From the NCBI GenBank assembly GCA_041743425.1, contig JBGTMS010000041.1, forward strand, positions 2,107 to 66,106: DNA of 64,000 nt, given 5' to 3'. The translations under genes and the position numbers were made by a program. A model generated the notes under the pieces. It was given only the letters and a program-made list of their open reading frames with translations, was not told where the DNA came from and made no database searches. Of this stretch, positions 28,442 to 38,312 are shown in pieces; positions within the stretch are counted from its first letter, which is position 1, and every line of letters begins with the position of its first letter. This stretch comes from Zeaxanthinibacter sp. GTDB taxonomy: Bacteria > Bacteroidota > Bacteroidia > Flavobacteriales > Flavobacteriaceae.

Positions 28442-29827
28442 ATGCTTCGATTTTACATCCTACTTTGCCTCATGCTTATGACCGGCCCGGGCCATGCACA
28501 AAAGCTTAGGGTAAGCGAGAACAACCGCTTTCTGGTACAGGAAGACGGTCAGCCTTTTTTCTGGGCGGGGGATACTGCCTGGGAATTATTTCACCGCTGC
28601 ACCCGGGAAGATGCCATCTACTATCTTTCTGAGAGAGCCCGACAGGGATTTAACGTCATACAGGCAGTGGCTCTGGCGGAGATGGACGGTCTCAATGAAC
28701 CGAATTCTTATGGGGTCAGACCGCTGCTCGAGAATGATCCCGGTCGTCCCAATGAAGTATATTTTGAGCATGTGGATTATATCATCAATGCAGCCGATTC
28801 TCTTGGAATGTATATCGCCCTGTTGCCCACCTGGGGCGATAAGGTAAACAAAAGCACCTGGGGGAAGGGTCCGGAAATATTTTCTCCTGCGACTGCCTCG
28901 GAATTTGGAAAATGGATTGGAGAAAGATACAGGGAATATGACAATATCATCTGGATCATCGGCGGCGATCGCAATCCCAGGGAAGGATCCTCAGATATTG
29001 AAACATGGAATGCGATGGCAGAAGCGATTGCAAAAGCCACCGGAGGCTATGATGCATCACTCATGAGCTTTCACCCTCAGCCAAAAGAGCCGGGAGGATC
29101 TTCGACCTGGTTCCATCGCGAACCCTGGCTCGATTTTAATATGCATCAGACAGGGCATTGCCCCGACCGTGGAACCCATACCCACATCACACATGATTAC
29201 CAATTGTCCCCCGTCAAGCCGGTCATGGACGGCGAACCGCTTTATGAAGACCATCCAAACTGCTTTAATGCCGAAGATCTTGGATACAGTATTCCCGAAA
29301 ATATCAGGCGCATCATGTACTGGAATGTCTTTGCCGGTGCCTTCGGACAAACTTACGGTTGCCATGATGTATGGCAGATGTATGATGTGGAACGCGAACC
29401 TGTTAACGGACCACTGCGACCATGGAAGCAGGCACTTGATCTGCCCATGGCCCGGCAGTTAAAACATCTAAAGAATCTTATGCTGTCACGCCCGTTTTTA
29501 ACCAGAATTCCTGATCAGGCCATGGTTGTAGATCAACATCAGGACTGGAAGGATCATGTGATCGCCACCAGAGATGAAAATGGGAGTTATGCCATGATTT
29601 ACTTTCCGACCGGAAAGGAAACACAACTCGACCTTTCAAATATTGATGGCGCCTACCTGAAAGGTTACTGGTACGATCCAAGAACCGGAAATTCCTTTCC
29701 TGCATCGCTGGGAAAGTCAGCCATTTCCAGGATCAGCCCACCCACAAGCGGACAGGGCCAGGATTGGGTACTTGTGGTGGATACTACCAGCAGTACTTTT
29801 ACAGTCCCGGGAGTAATTACAGATTAG
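28442..29827 (+). CDS. DUF4038/GH140-like glycoside hydrolase, secreted
   Basis: Signal peptide, then FLVQEDGQPFFWAGDTAWELFHRCTREDAIYYLSERARQGFNVIQAV, which is characteristic of the DUF4038 (GH140 apiosidase-like) TIM barrel. A C-terminal beta-sandwich follows. Confidence 0.8.
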   Translation: MLRFYILLCLMLMTGPGHAQKLRVSENNRFLVQEDGQPFFWAGDTAWELFHRCTREDAIYYLSERARQGFNVIQAVALAEMDGLNEPNSYGVRPLLENDPGRPNEVYFEHVDYIINAADSLGMYIALLPTWGDKVNKSTWGKGPEIFSPATASEFGKWIGERYREYDNIIWIIGGDRNPREGSSDIETWNAMAEAIAKATGGYDASLMSFHPQPKEPGGSSTWFHREPWLDFNMHQTGHCPDRGTHTHITHDYQLSPVKPVMDGEPLYEDHPNCFNAEDLGYSIPENIRRIMYWNVFAGAFGQTYGCHDVWQMYDVEREPVNGPLRPWKQALDLPMARQLKHLKNLMLSRPFLTRIPDQAMVVDQHQDWKDHVIATRDENGSYAMIYFPTGKETQLDLSNIDGAYLKGYWYDPRTGNSFPASLGKSAISRISPPTSGQGQDWVLVVDTTSSTFTVPGVITD

Positions 29828-29885
29828 CACGCTCCTTTATAAGTTTAAAAAAATAAAGTATCTTCCTCCGTAAAATATACACTCA

Positions 29886-32081
29886 ATGAAGCTATTTACG
29901 ATCCTCTTCCTTACAACCCTATGCACTCAATTCCTTAACAGCCAAACCATCTTAGGTTTTCAAAAAGAAAGTGCCGCCAAAGAACTGGCAAGGGAAACGG
30001 CATTTCAGGATCAGTTATCTGCGGTAAACATGGACCGATGGATGAAAAAAATGGCGGCTGAACCGCATTGGGTTGGCACCGAATTCGGCCGGAAAAATGC
30101 CGAATGGATGCTGGCACAATTCAAATCGTGGGGCTATGAAGCCAGAATAGATACATACGATGTGCTCTTCCCTTACCCTACCGAGCGCGTTTTGGAATTG
30201 ACAGCCCCCACAGTTTATAAGGCCAAATTGACAGCCGTTCCTGTGGAAGGAGATCCATATACGGAACAGGGTGACGCCCTGCTGCCAAGCTACAATGCCT
30301 TCTCTACCGACGGGGATGTGGAAGCTGAACTTGTATTCGTTAATTATGGCATTCCCGCGGACTACGAAGAGCTTGAAAAAATGGGGATAGATGTCAAGGG
30401 AAAAATCGTTATCGCAAAATACTACGGTTCCTGGAGAGGAATAAAGCCCAAACTTGCCGCAGAAAAAGGAGCGATCGGGTGCATCATCTATTCTGATCCA
30501 GAAGATGACGGATACGTCCAGGGAAATGTATATCCCAAAGGCGCGTTTAAAAATAAGACCGGCGTGCAACGCGGCTCGGTCATGGACATGCCATTGTACC
30601 CGGGCGATGTGCTTACACCGGGATACGCAGCCACAAAAGACGCGAAACGTCTGGATCGGAATAATGCTCCTACCATCACTAAAATCCCGGTATTACCGAT
30701 TTCCTATGAAGATGCCCAGCCTTTACTGGAGGCTCTGGAAGGTCAGATGGCCCCGGAGAGCTGGAGGGGCGGCTTGCCGATCAGCTATCACATTGGACCC
30801 GGGCCTGCAAAGGTGCATCTCAAACTTAGTTTCAAATGGGAACTGAAACCTGCCTACAACGTGATTGCCCACCTGAAAGGTACCGATTTTCCGGAACAGT
30901 GGGTTCTCCGGGGCAACCATCACGATGCATGGGTGCACGGTGCATCTGATCCTGTTAGCGGCATGGTGGCCCTGCTGGAAGAGGCCAGGGTTATAGGGGA
31001 AATGGCCAAAAAAGGTATGGGAAACCGACGTACCCTGGTGTATTGTGCCTGGGATGCGGAAGAACCAGGTCTTATCGGATCAACCGAGTGGGTTGAGGAT
31101 CATAAGAAAGAACTGCAGGAAAAAGCGGTTGCCTATATAAACTCAGATAGCAATGGCAGAGGTTTTTTATCTGCAGGAGGTTCACATACCCTTCAGGCGA
31201 TGGTGAGTGAAGTTGCAGGGGAAGTAAAAGATCCGCAGACCGGAGTTAGTATAAAGGAAAGAAAAATGGCGCAGGACCTTCTAAGCGGAAAGGAGGGTAC
31301 CTTTGAATTAAGTGCCCTGGGCTCCGGTTCAGATTATACCCCTTTCATCCAACATGCCGGCATCCCTTCCCTTAACCTTGGGTTTGGCGGAGAGGATGAG
31401 GGCGGGGAATACCATACGATCTATGACACCTATACACATTATAAAAGGTTCAAGGATCCGGAACTGGCTTATGGGGTGGCGCTGGCGAATACAGCCGGCA
31501 GGATCGTACTGAGGATGGCCAATGCGGATGTATTGCCATTTGAATTTGAACAATGGTACACTACGGTATCAGGTTACCTAGAGGAAATCATGAAGGCCAG
31601 CGGAGAAATGAGGCAGTCGGTGGAGAAGCATAACGGTATGCTTGATAAAAACGCCTTTAAACTGGCAGCCGATCCAACCAAACCATTTACCAATCCCGCA
31701 AGGAAGGAAGTTGTTCCATATCTCGATTTTTCACCAGTTCAGAATGCGATGGCCGTGCTGAAGAACAATATTGAAACATTGAAAAAGGAGGATTTTACCA
31801 AATGGTCTGACGAGAAATTACGGACATTGAATGGCAAATTGATGAAAATGGAACAGGCGCTGACAGATGAGGGTGGCCTTCCGAGGCGTTCCTGGTATAA
31901 ACACCGGATCTACGCCCCCGGATTTTATACAGGTTACGGAGTCAAAACGCTACCCGGGGTACGGGAGGCCATTGAACAAAAGAACTGGAAAGAGGCCAGG
32001 GAAGAAATAGGCAAACTGGCTAAAACACTCGAAGCTTTTAATACCCGGATCACCGAACTTTATGGCATGAAAAGCATCTGA
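29886..32081 (+). CDS. M28-family peptidase of the glutamate carboxypeptidase II / transferrin-receptor-like type
   Basis: 731 aa with a signal peptide and a PA-domain region. The M28 core includes RGNHHDAW and WDAEEPGLIGSTEW, followed by a C-terminal TfR-like dimerisation helix bundle. Confidence 0.9.
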   Translation: MKLFTILFLTTLCTQFLNSQTILGFQKESAAKELARETAFQDQLSAVNMDRWMKKMAAEPHWVGTEFGRKNAEWMLAQFKSWGYEARIDTYDVLFPYPTERVLELTAPTVYKAKLTAVPVEGDPYTEQGDALLPSYNAFSTDGDVEAELVFVNYGIPADYEELEKMGIDVKGKIVIAKYYGSWRGIKPKLAAEKGAIGCIIYSDPEDDGYVQGNVYPKGAFKNKTGVQRGSVMDMPLYPGDVLTPGYAATKDAKRLDRNNAPTITKIPVLPISYEDAQPLLEALEGQMAPESWRGGLPISYHIGPGPAKVHLKLSFKWELKPAYNVIAHLKGTDFPEQWVLRGNHHDAWVHGASDPVSGMVALLEEARVIGEMAKKGMGNRRTLVYCAWDAEEPGLIGSTEWVEDHKKELQEKAVAYINSDSNGRGFLSAGGSHTLQAMVSEVAGEVKDPQTGVSIKERKMAQDLLSGKEGTFELSALGSGSDYTPFIQHAGIPSLNLGFGGEDEGGEYHTIYDTYTHYKRFKDPELAYGVALANTAGRIVLRMANADVLPFEFEQWYTTVSGYLEEIMKASGEMRQSVEKHNGMLDKNAFKLAADPTKPFTNPARKEVVPYLDFSPVQNAMAVLKNNIETLKKEDFTKWSDEKLRTLNGKLMKMEQALTDEGGLPRRSWYKHRIYAPGFYTGYGVKTLPGVREAIEQKNWKEAREEIGKLAKTLEAFNTRITELYGMKSI

Positions 32082-32145
32082 AATTTAGGATGAGGGTTCA
32101 TGGACTGATCAAATTTTCAACCTTAAAAGAACAACTGAGATACTT

Positions 32146-35100
32146 ATGAAATATCAGAAATCCTTGCTGCATGTGGCCTGCGCCGCTATCCTTAGCTGCA
32201 GTATTTCCTGCGGAGAAAAATCGAATGTAGCGAAAGAAACACCCCTTACCATCAGCACGGACTCTGCCACAGCCATGCAGTATGCTAAGGAGAGTCGTAA
32301 TAATATTTCCGCCAAACTTGCGGACGGTCTGCAACTCAACCTCTGGGCATCAGACTCTTTGGCACCTGATCCCATTGCCATGGATATTGATGATCGTGGT
32401 CGGGTGTATCTCACAAGAACTAATCGCCAGAAAAATTCGGAATTTGACATTCGGAGTCACCAGGATTGGATGATTCCTTCGATTTCCTTTCAAACCGTGG
32501 AAGACAGGCGGGAATTCCTGAAAAAGGAATTTTCCGAGGATAAAAGCGAGCAAAACTCCTGGCTTGAAGACCTTAATAATGACAGCATCCACGACTGGAA
32601 AGATCTGGCTGTGGAAAAGGAAGAAGTATGGAAACTGGAGGATTTGGACGGCAATGGGATCGCAGACCGGTCAACCCGTATCTTAAATGATTTCAACGAA
32701 GAAATCACGGATGTCGCGGGTGCTTTGTTGGTGACAGATGATGCTACCTATATCGGAGTGGGGCCGGATATGTGGCGCGTAACCGATTCAAATGAAGATG
32801 GGGTGTTGGATACCAAAAAAAGCCTTGCTCACGGATTCGCAGTACATATTGGTTTTGGGGGACACGGGATGTCAGGGGCCATTCAGGGCCCGGATGGTAA
32901 AATATATTGGGGAATTGGGGACATCGGCGCGAACCTAACGGCGGTGGACGGTTCAAAATATGCCTATCCCAACCAGGGAATTATTGTCAGGTGTAATCCG
33001 GACGGGAGTGATTTTGAGGTATTTGCCCGTGGGTTGCGAAATACCCATGAATTTGTATTTGATCCCTATGGAAATATCATTTCTTCAGATAATGACGGGG
33101 ATCATAGCGGGGAAAGCGAACGTCTTGTGCACATTGTTGAAGGGTCAGATGCAGGATGGCGATCCAACTGGCAATACGGAAAATATAACGATCCCAAAAA
33201 TAACGAGTATAAGGTGTGGATGGATGAGCGGTTGTATGTTCCACGATGGGAAGGACAGGCGGCTTACATCATACCTCCTATCCGCAATTTCCACAATGGT
33301 CCCACCGGTATGGTCTTCAACCCTGGCACCGCTCTCGGCACCGCTTGGCTGAATAAATTTTTCCTGGTGGAATTTGTGGGAGATCCGAGCCTTTCCCATA
33401 TCTGGGCTTTTGATCTGAAGCCAAAAGGAGCCTCATTTGAACTGAATACAGAAACAGATTTTCTCAGTGGTGTACTTCCAACAGGGATCCGGTTCGGACC
33501 TGACGGAGCTCTGTATGTCGCAGACTGGATCAATGGCTGGAATACAAAAAATTATGGCCGTGTATGGAAAGTAGATGTGGCCGAAGGCAAAAACGATCTG
33601 GAAAAAGAAAGGCTCGAAACGCAACGCTTACTAAATCTTGAATTCGATAATGAATCCACCGCCAACCTGGCGGCACTTCTGCGCAATGCTGATATGCGCG
33701 TCAGGCAAAAAGCGCAATTTGAATTGGCCCGTCGTACGTTTTGGGGTTTCCGTACCCTCAAAAGGGTCATAATTGAAGAAAAAAATCAGTTGGCGCGAAT
33801 CCATGGTATATGGGGAATTGGTCAGCTTGCAGCCGGAGATATAAAAAACGCATCTCCATTATTGGATCTGCTGGCGGATCCGGATCCTGAAATTATTGCT
33901 CAGTCGGCGAAAGTCCTGGGGGATGTCAGGTATATAGATGCAGGGCCTCATCTTATTGCACTTCTTAAGCACAACAGTGACCGGGTCAGATTTTTTGCCG
34001 CACAGGCATTGGGAAGGATTGCTCACAAGAATGCTGTGTCGCCGCTGCTCGCTATGATCTCGGCAAATGCCGATAAGGATATTTACCTGCGACACGCAGC
34101 GGTACTTGCTTTGTCCAGGATCGGGGAGGTCGGTCCGATTATAAATCTGGCTGGTAGTCCGGAAAGGAGTCTCAGGATTGCGGCGGTGTTGGTACTACGG
34201 CAATTGGGTAACCCCGAAGTATCACGTTTTTTGAATGACCAGGATGAATATATCGTGACAGAGGCGGCGAGGGCAATAAATGATGACTTGTCTATTGAAA
34301 ATGCGCTCCCGGCCCTCGCCTCACAACTCACACAATCCCACTTTACCTCAGAACCGCTGATCAGAAGAAGTATTAACGCCGCCCTCCGGGTCGGGGGGGA
34401 ACCCGAACTGGAGGGCCTTATCGCTTTTGCCAAACGAAAAGATATCCCCGGCAATCTCAGGGGTGAAGCCTTGGCCACCATTGGCAGTTGGTCCTCCCCT
34501 TCCGTATTGGACCGGGTTGACGGCAGATTCAGAGGAGTTATAAAGCGGGATTCCACCCTGGTGAAACGCAAAATTGAAGGAGATATTCCTGAATTTCTCA
34601 GGGATTCGGATCCTAATTTACTCATAGGGGTTTCTAAGGTTCTCAGGTCCCTTGGAATTACCCAGTATAACAAGGAGCTGAATGAACTGTTTTTACGTCA
34701 TTCCGCGGCTCCCGTCCGGGCGGCTATGCTGGAAGCTTTGGCGTCCCTAAATTACGAAAAAATCGGAGCCTCCATGCAAAGGGGCATGCGGGACAGTGAC
34801 CAGGAAGTGCGGACTGCTGCGGTTGGTCTTATCCCGGAATTGGATATCTCCACAAAGGAATTACCCCTGATCGTAGGTCCTATTTTCAGGAATGGCTCTC
34901 TCAGAGAACAACAGCGCATGCTCGATGTACTGGGAGAACTGCCATTGGAAAAGAGTGAACCGGTTTTATTGCAGTTGATTAATCAGGCCTCCAGAGGGGA
35001 GCTGCCCAAGGGCGTATTACTGGATCTGGCGGAAGCAGTAGAAGCGACGAATTCAGAAAGTCTGATCGCTGCCCAGGAAGCCAATAAACAAGAAGGTGAA

Positions 35101-35574
35101 AACTCAGATGACTTTGCAGAAACCCTTTATGGGGGTCAGTGGTGGCCAGGTGCTACCGTATTCAAGAACAATCCCGCAGCTCAATGTGTCCGATGTCATT
35201 CCCTGGATGGGTCAGGTGGCAAAGTTGGGCCACCCCTTGACAATATAGGCAATATCCTGAGCAGAGAGCAATTACTGGAGTCGCTGATCGCGCCAGGGGC
35301 CCGTCTCGCGCCTGGCTTCGGCGCCGTGGCCATTACTCTGAAGGATGGTCAAACGGTACGGGGAATACTGGAAGAGGAATCAGCTGTTGAAATTATTGTA
35401 CGGACTTCAGATGCGGAACCCATGGAAATTCCGGTTGGCAGGATTCAAAAAAGAGAGAATATGCCTTCGGCAATGCCAGCCATGGGGCAGGTACTGAGCA
35501 AGCGGGAGCTCCGGAATCTTATAGAATTTCTTTCTGCCCTTAAGACAGATCAAAAGACCGGTGAAAGCTTATGA
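32146..35574 (+). CDS. Large lipoprotein: beta-propeller 'membrane-bound dehydrogenase-like' domain, HEAT repeats and a C-terminal c-type cytochrome domain (PVC-type heme-binding CxxCH protein)
   Basis: 1142 aa. Propeller-like motifs are DIDDRGRVYLT, GPDGKIYWGIGD, LRNTHEFVFDPYGN and GPDGALYVADW. HEAT-like repeats include DPDPEIIAQSAKVLG and DRVRFFAAQALGRI. The heme motif CVRCH is at 35185-35199, with a distal Met region (MPAMG). Confidence 0.85.
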   Translation: MKYQKSLLHVACAAILSCSISCGEKSNVAKETPLTISTDSATAMQYAKESRNNISAKLADGLQLNLWASDSLAPDPIAMDIDDRGRVYLTRTNRQKNSEFDIRSHQDWMIPSISFQTVEDRREFLKKEFSEDKSEQNSWLEDLNNDSIHDWKDLAVEKEEVWKLEDLDGNGIADRSTRILNDFNEEITDVAGALLVTDDATYIGVGPDMWRVTDSNEDGVLDTKKSLAHGFAVHIGFGGHGMSGAIQGPDGKIYWGIGDIGANLTAVDGSKYAYPNQGIIVRCNPDGSDFEVFARGLRNTHEFVFDPYGNIISSDNDGDHSGESERLVHIVEGSDAGWRSNWQYGKYNDPKNNEYKVWMDERLYVPRWEGQAAYIIPPIRNFHNGPTGMVFNPGTALGTAWLNKFFLVEFVGDPSLSHIWAFDLKPKGASFELNTETDFLSGVLPTGIRFGPDGALYVADWINGWNTKNYGRVWKVDVAEGKNDLEKERLETQRLLNLEFDNESTANLAALLRNADMRVRQKAQFELARRTFWGFRTLKRVIIEEKNQLARIHGIWGIGQLAAGDIKNASPLLDLLADPDPEIIAQSAKVLGDVRYIDAGPHLIALLKHNSDRVRFFAAQALGRIAHKNAVSPLLAMISANADKDIYLRHAAVLALSRIGEVGPIINLAGSPERSLRIAAVLVLRQLGNPEVSRFLNDQDEYIVTEAARAINDDLSIENALPALASQLTQSHFTSEPLIRRSINAALRVGGEPELEGLIAFAKRKDIPGNLRGEALATIGSWSSPSVLDRVDGRFRGVIKRDSTLVKRKIEGDIPEFLRDSDPNLLIGVSKVLRSLGITQYNKELNELFLRHSAAPVRAAMLEALASLNYEKIGASMQRGMRDSDQEVRTAAVGLIPELDISTKELPLIVGPIFRNGSLREQQRMLDVLGELPLEKSEPVLLQLINQASRGELPKGVLLDLAEAVEATNSESLIAAQEANKQEGENSDDFAETLYGGQWWPGATVFKNNPAAQCVRCHSLDGSGGKVGPPLDNIGNILSREQLLESLIAPGARLAPGFGAVAITLKDGQTVRGILEEESAVEIIVRTSDAEPMEIPVGRIQKRENMPSAMPAMGQVLSKRELRNLIEFLSALKTDQKTGESL

Positions 35575-35728
35575 AACCAAATGGTGCGCCCATCAAAGAA
35601 ATCTGAGATTTCATATAGGTCAATTGCCGCGTACATATTATATTTGAGTGACGGCATATCCTTTAGATAGTACGCAGGGTATCCGGTGTTCCCCCCCATT
35701 TATTACATCTAATCTCAATCCTACACCA

Positions 35729-37456
35729 ATGAAAACAAAAGTGCTTTGGGGTATATTGACAGTTGTAGCAGCTGCCCTCGCCGTCATTCTACCCAATACC
35801 CAAAAAATTCAAACTGATCCACCACAAAATGCCTCTTTCTATTCCATTAAATGTACCGCGGCCAAATTCCTGCTGAGTGGTGTGGATACCACACGCCAAA
35901 TATCACCACTATTTGAAAACCTGGGGAATCTCAGTTTTTCCATAAGCGTTGAGGATCCGCTGGCCCAAAAATTTTTTGATCAGGGCCTGCGCCTGATCTT
36001 TGCGTTTAACCACGCCGAGGCCCACCGGTCATTTATGGAGGTTGCTCGCCTGGAGCCAGGGGCTGCCATGGCCTACTGGGGACAGGCTTTCACCCTGGGA
36101 CCCAATATTAATGACCCTTTGCCGGATGATGAAAGGAAAAAGAAATATTTTGAAGCGCTTCAGAGAGCGAATCAGCTGGCCGGAACTGCCAGCAGGAAAG
36201 AGCAGAACCTTATTACAGCGCTGAACTCCCGTTACAATAAGGATATCAGCCACGATATTACAAAACTTAACCTTGATTTTATGAAAGCCATGGCTGAAGC
36301 GGCCAAAAAATTCCCTGAAGATCCCACGGTACTTACCTTATATGCAGATGCCATAATGAATACGATGCCATGGAACTACTGGGATAATCAGGGTGGTCCG
36401 GCGGCAAATACAACAGAAGCAAAGGAAGCGCTGGAAAAGGCAATTTCACTGGATCCCGATCATCCGGGCGCCCATCATGCCTATATCCATCTGATGGAAT
36501 TGCCACAACCAGAGGCCGCGGTACCAAGTGCTGATATACTTGGTTCGCTGATGCCGGCAGCCGGTCATATTGTACATATGCCGTCTCATATTTATATAAG
36601 GGTGGGCAGGTACAAGGATGCCGTTAAAGCCAATGAACTTGCCATTCTGGCCGATGAGGACTATATATCCCAATGTTATTCCCAGGGGATGTATCCTCTT
36701 GGTTACTATCCCCACAACCTTCATTTTCTGTGGTCTGCAGCAAGTTTACTGGGGGATAGCGAAAAAGCGATAGCCGCCGCCAGGAAAACGGCAGAAAAAG
36801 TTCCGGTCGGAGAATTGGCGACGCTTCCTTTCCTTCAGGATTTCGCTTCGACTCCATTACTTGCCTATACCCGTTTTGGAAAATGGAATGACATCCTTAC
36901 TATTCCCTATCCCGGGGATCAGTATAAGCACCTGAAACTCATCTGGCACTATGCAAGGGGTATTGCTTTTATTAGAAAGGGGAACCTTCCGGAAGCAAGC
37001 GAGGAGTATGACGCTCTCGCCTCCTTGTCAAAGGATAAGGAACTTGAAAATATTGTTGCGAATTATACCAATCCCAGTTCAAAGATTGCCCTGGTTGCAG
37101 AGAGGGTCCTGGCAGGAGAATTGGCAGCGGCGCAAGGGGATATGACCAATGCCGTCTCGCGGCTAAAGGAAGCCGCGGCATATGAAGATGCGTTGACCTA
37201 CAGTGAACCCACAGCCTGGCACATTCCTGTAAGACAGAGTCTGGGCGCCGTGCTGATCCGGGCCGGAAATTACAAAGAGGCAGAGAAAATCTACCGGGAA
37301 GATTTGCAGAATCTCAGGCAAAACGGTTGGTCGCTGATAGGACTTTACAAGAGTCTGAGTGAGCAGGGAAAAAATGAAGAAGCCAAGCATATCAGGAAGG
37401 AATATGATAGTGCGTGGGCAGATGCAGACATTCAGATAAGTTCATCTGTACTTTGA
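35729..37456 (+). CDS. TPR-repeat protein with N-terminal membrane anchor or signal, function unknown
   Basis: I chose the start at MKTKVLWGILTVVAAALAVIL. All-helical TPR-like repeats run to the C-terminus. His-rich conserved patches are HPGAHHAYIHLME and HIVHMPSHIYIRVGRY. Confidence 0.75.
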   Translation: MKTKVLWGILTVVAAALAVILPNTQKIQTDPPQNASFYSIKCTAAKFLLSGVDTTRQISPLFENLGNLSFSISVEDPLAQKFFDQGLRLIFAFNHAEAHRSFMEVARLEPGAAMAYWGQAFTLGPNINDPLPDDERKKKYFEALQRANQLAGTASRKEQNLITALNSRYNKDISHDITKLNLDFMKAMAEAAKKFPEDPTVLTLYADAIMNTMPWNYWDNQGGPAANTTEAKEALEKAISLDPDHPGAHHAYIHLMELPQPEAAVPSADILGSLMPAAGHIVHMPSHIYIRVGRYKDAVKANELAILADEDYISQCYSQGMYPLGYYPHNLHFLWSAASLLGDSEKAIAAARKTAEKVPVGELATLPFLQDFASTPLLAYTRFGKWNDILTIPYPGDQYKHLKLIWHYARGIAFIRKGNLPEASEEYDALASLSKDKELENIVANYTNPSSKIALVAERVLAGELAAAQGDMTNAVSRLKEAAAYEDALTYSEPTAWHIPVRQSLGAVLIRAGNYKEAEKIYREDLQNLRQNGWSLIGLYKSLSEQGKNEEAKHIRKEYDSAWADADIQISSSVL

Positions 37457-37493
37457 CTGTCAGTGAGGCATCTTTTGCCGAATAATTCAACCT

Positions 37494-38141
37494 ATGTGGC
37501 TGTGCCATTATAAACTCCGATGCTTCCTATTCGCCATCCTGGTTTCCTTACTTCCTTCAGGATGCGGAAGCAAGGCTGATAAAGCGCTTCCTGTTTTTGA
37601 ACCCTCTGATATCCATCCTTCACTTGTCGATACCCATCTTCGCGATAAAGTAAGCCCGCACCACGTTTCCGACTTTAAACTCATCAACCAATTCGGTGAT
37701 ACCATTACTCAAAAAGAATTCAGTGATAGAATATACGTGGTGGATTTCTTTTTTACCCGGTGCCCGACTATCTGCCCGGTAATGAGCCTTAATATGGCTA
37801 AAATTCAGGAGGCATTCAAAGAAGAAAACAGGCTGTTATTACTATCCGTGACGGTTACCCCTGAATATGACAGTGTGCCGGTGTTGTATGAATATGCCCA
37901 GGAGAAGGGGGCTATCCCTTCTAAGTGGCATATTACCACAGGCGATAAAAAGCATATTTATGAGCTGGCCCGTAAAAGTTATTTTATGGTAAGTGATGAG
38001 GGGGATGGAGGTCTTCAGGATTTCATTCATACGGCAAACTTCGAGTTAATTGATGCTGCGGGCCGCATAAGGGGCATCTATGACGGGACGAGTTTGGAGG
38101 AAACAGAACGACTCATTGCCGATATCCGTAGTCTTCTCTGA
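37494..38141 (+). CDS. SCO1/SenC-family thioredoxin-fold copper chaperone, lipoprotein
   Basis: Lipobox (LLPSGC), CxxxC copper site (FFFTRCPTICP) and a conserved downstream His (FIHTANF). Confidence 0.85.
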   Translation: MWLCHYKLRCFLFAILVSLLPSGCGSKADKALPVFEPSDIHPSLVDTHLRDKVSPHHVSDFKLINQFGDTITQKEFSDRIYVVDFFFTRCPTICPVMSLNMAKIQEAFKEENRLLLLSVTVTPEYDSVPVLYEYAQEKGAIPSKWHITTGDKKHIYELARKSYFMVSDEGDGGLQDFIHTANFELIDAAGRIRGIYDGTSLEETERLIADIRSLL

Positions 38142-38312
38142 ATAAATGGTATGGAAGCCCCGGTCAAGACCGATACCCTTTTTCCGATCCATGGGTCCGG
38201 GAATCAGACCACATCTTCCCGTCCACTGAAACGGAACGCGAAGGTGGATTAAAAAAATTAATATCTTTCGGAGGGAAATACTTCCCTGACCTTATTTCTC
38301 ATACCTCAGAAT

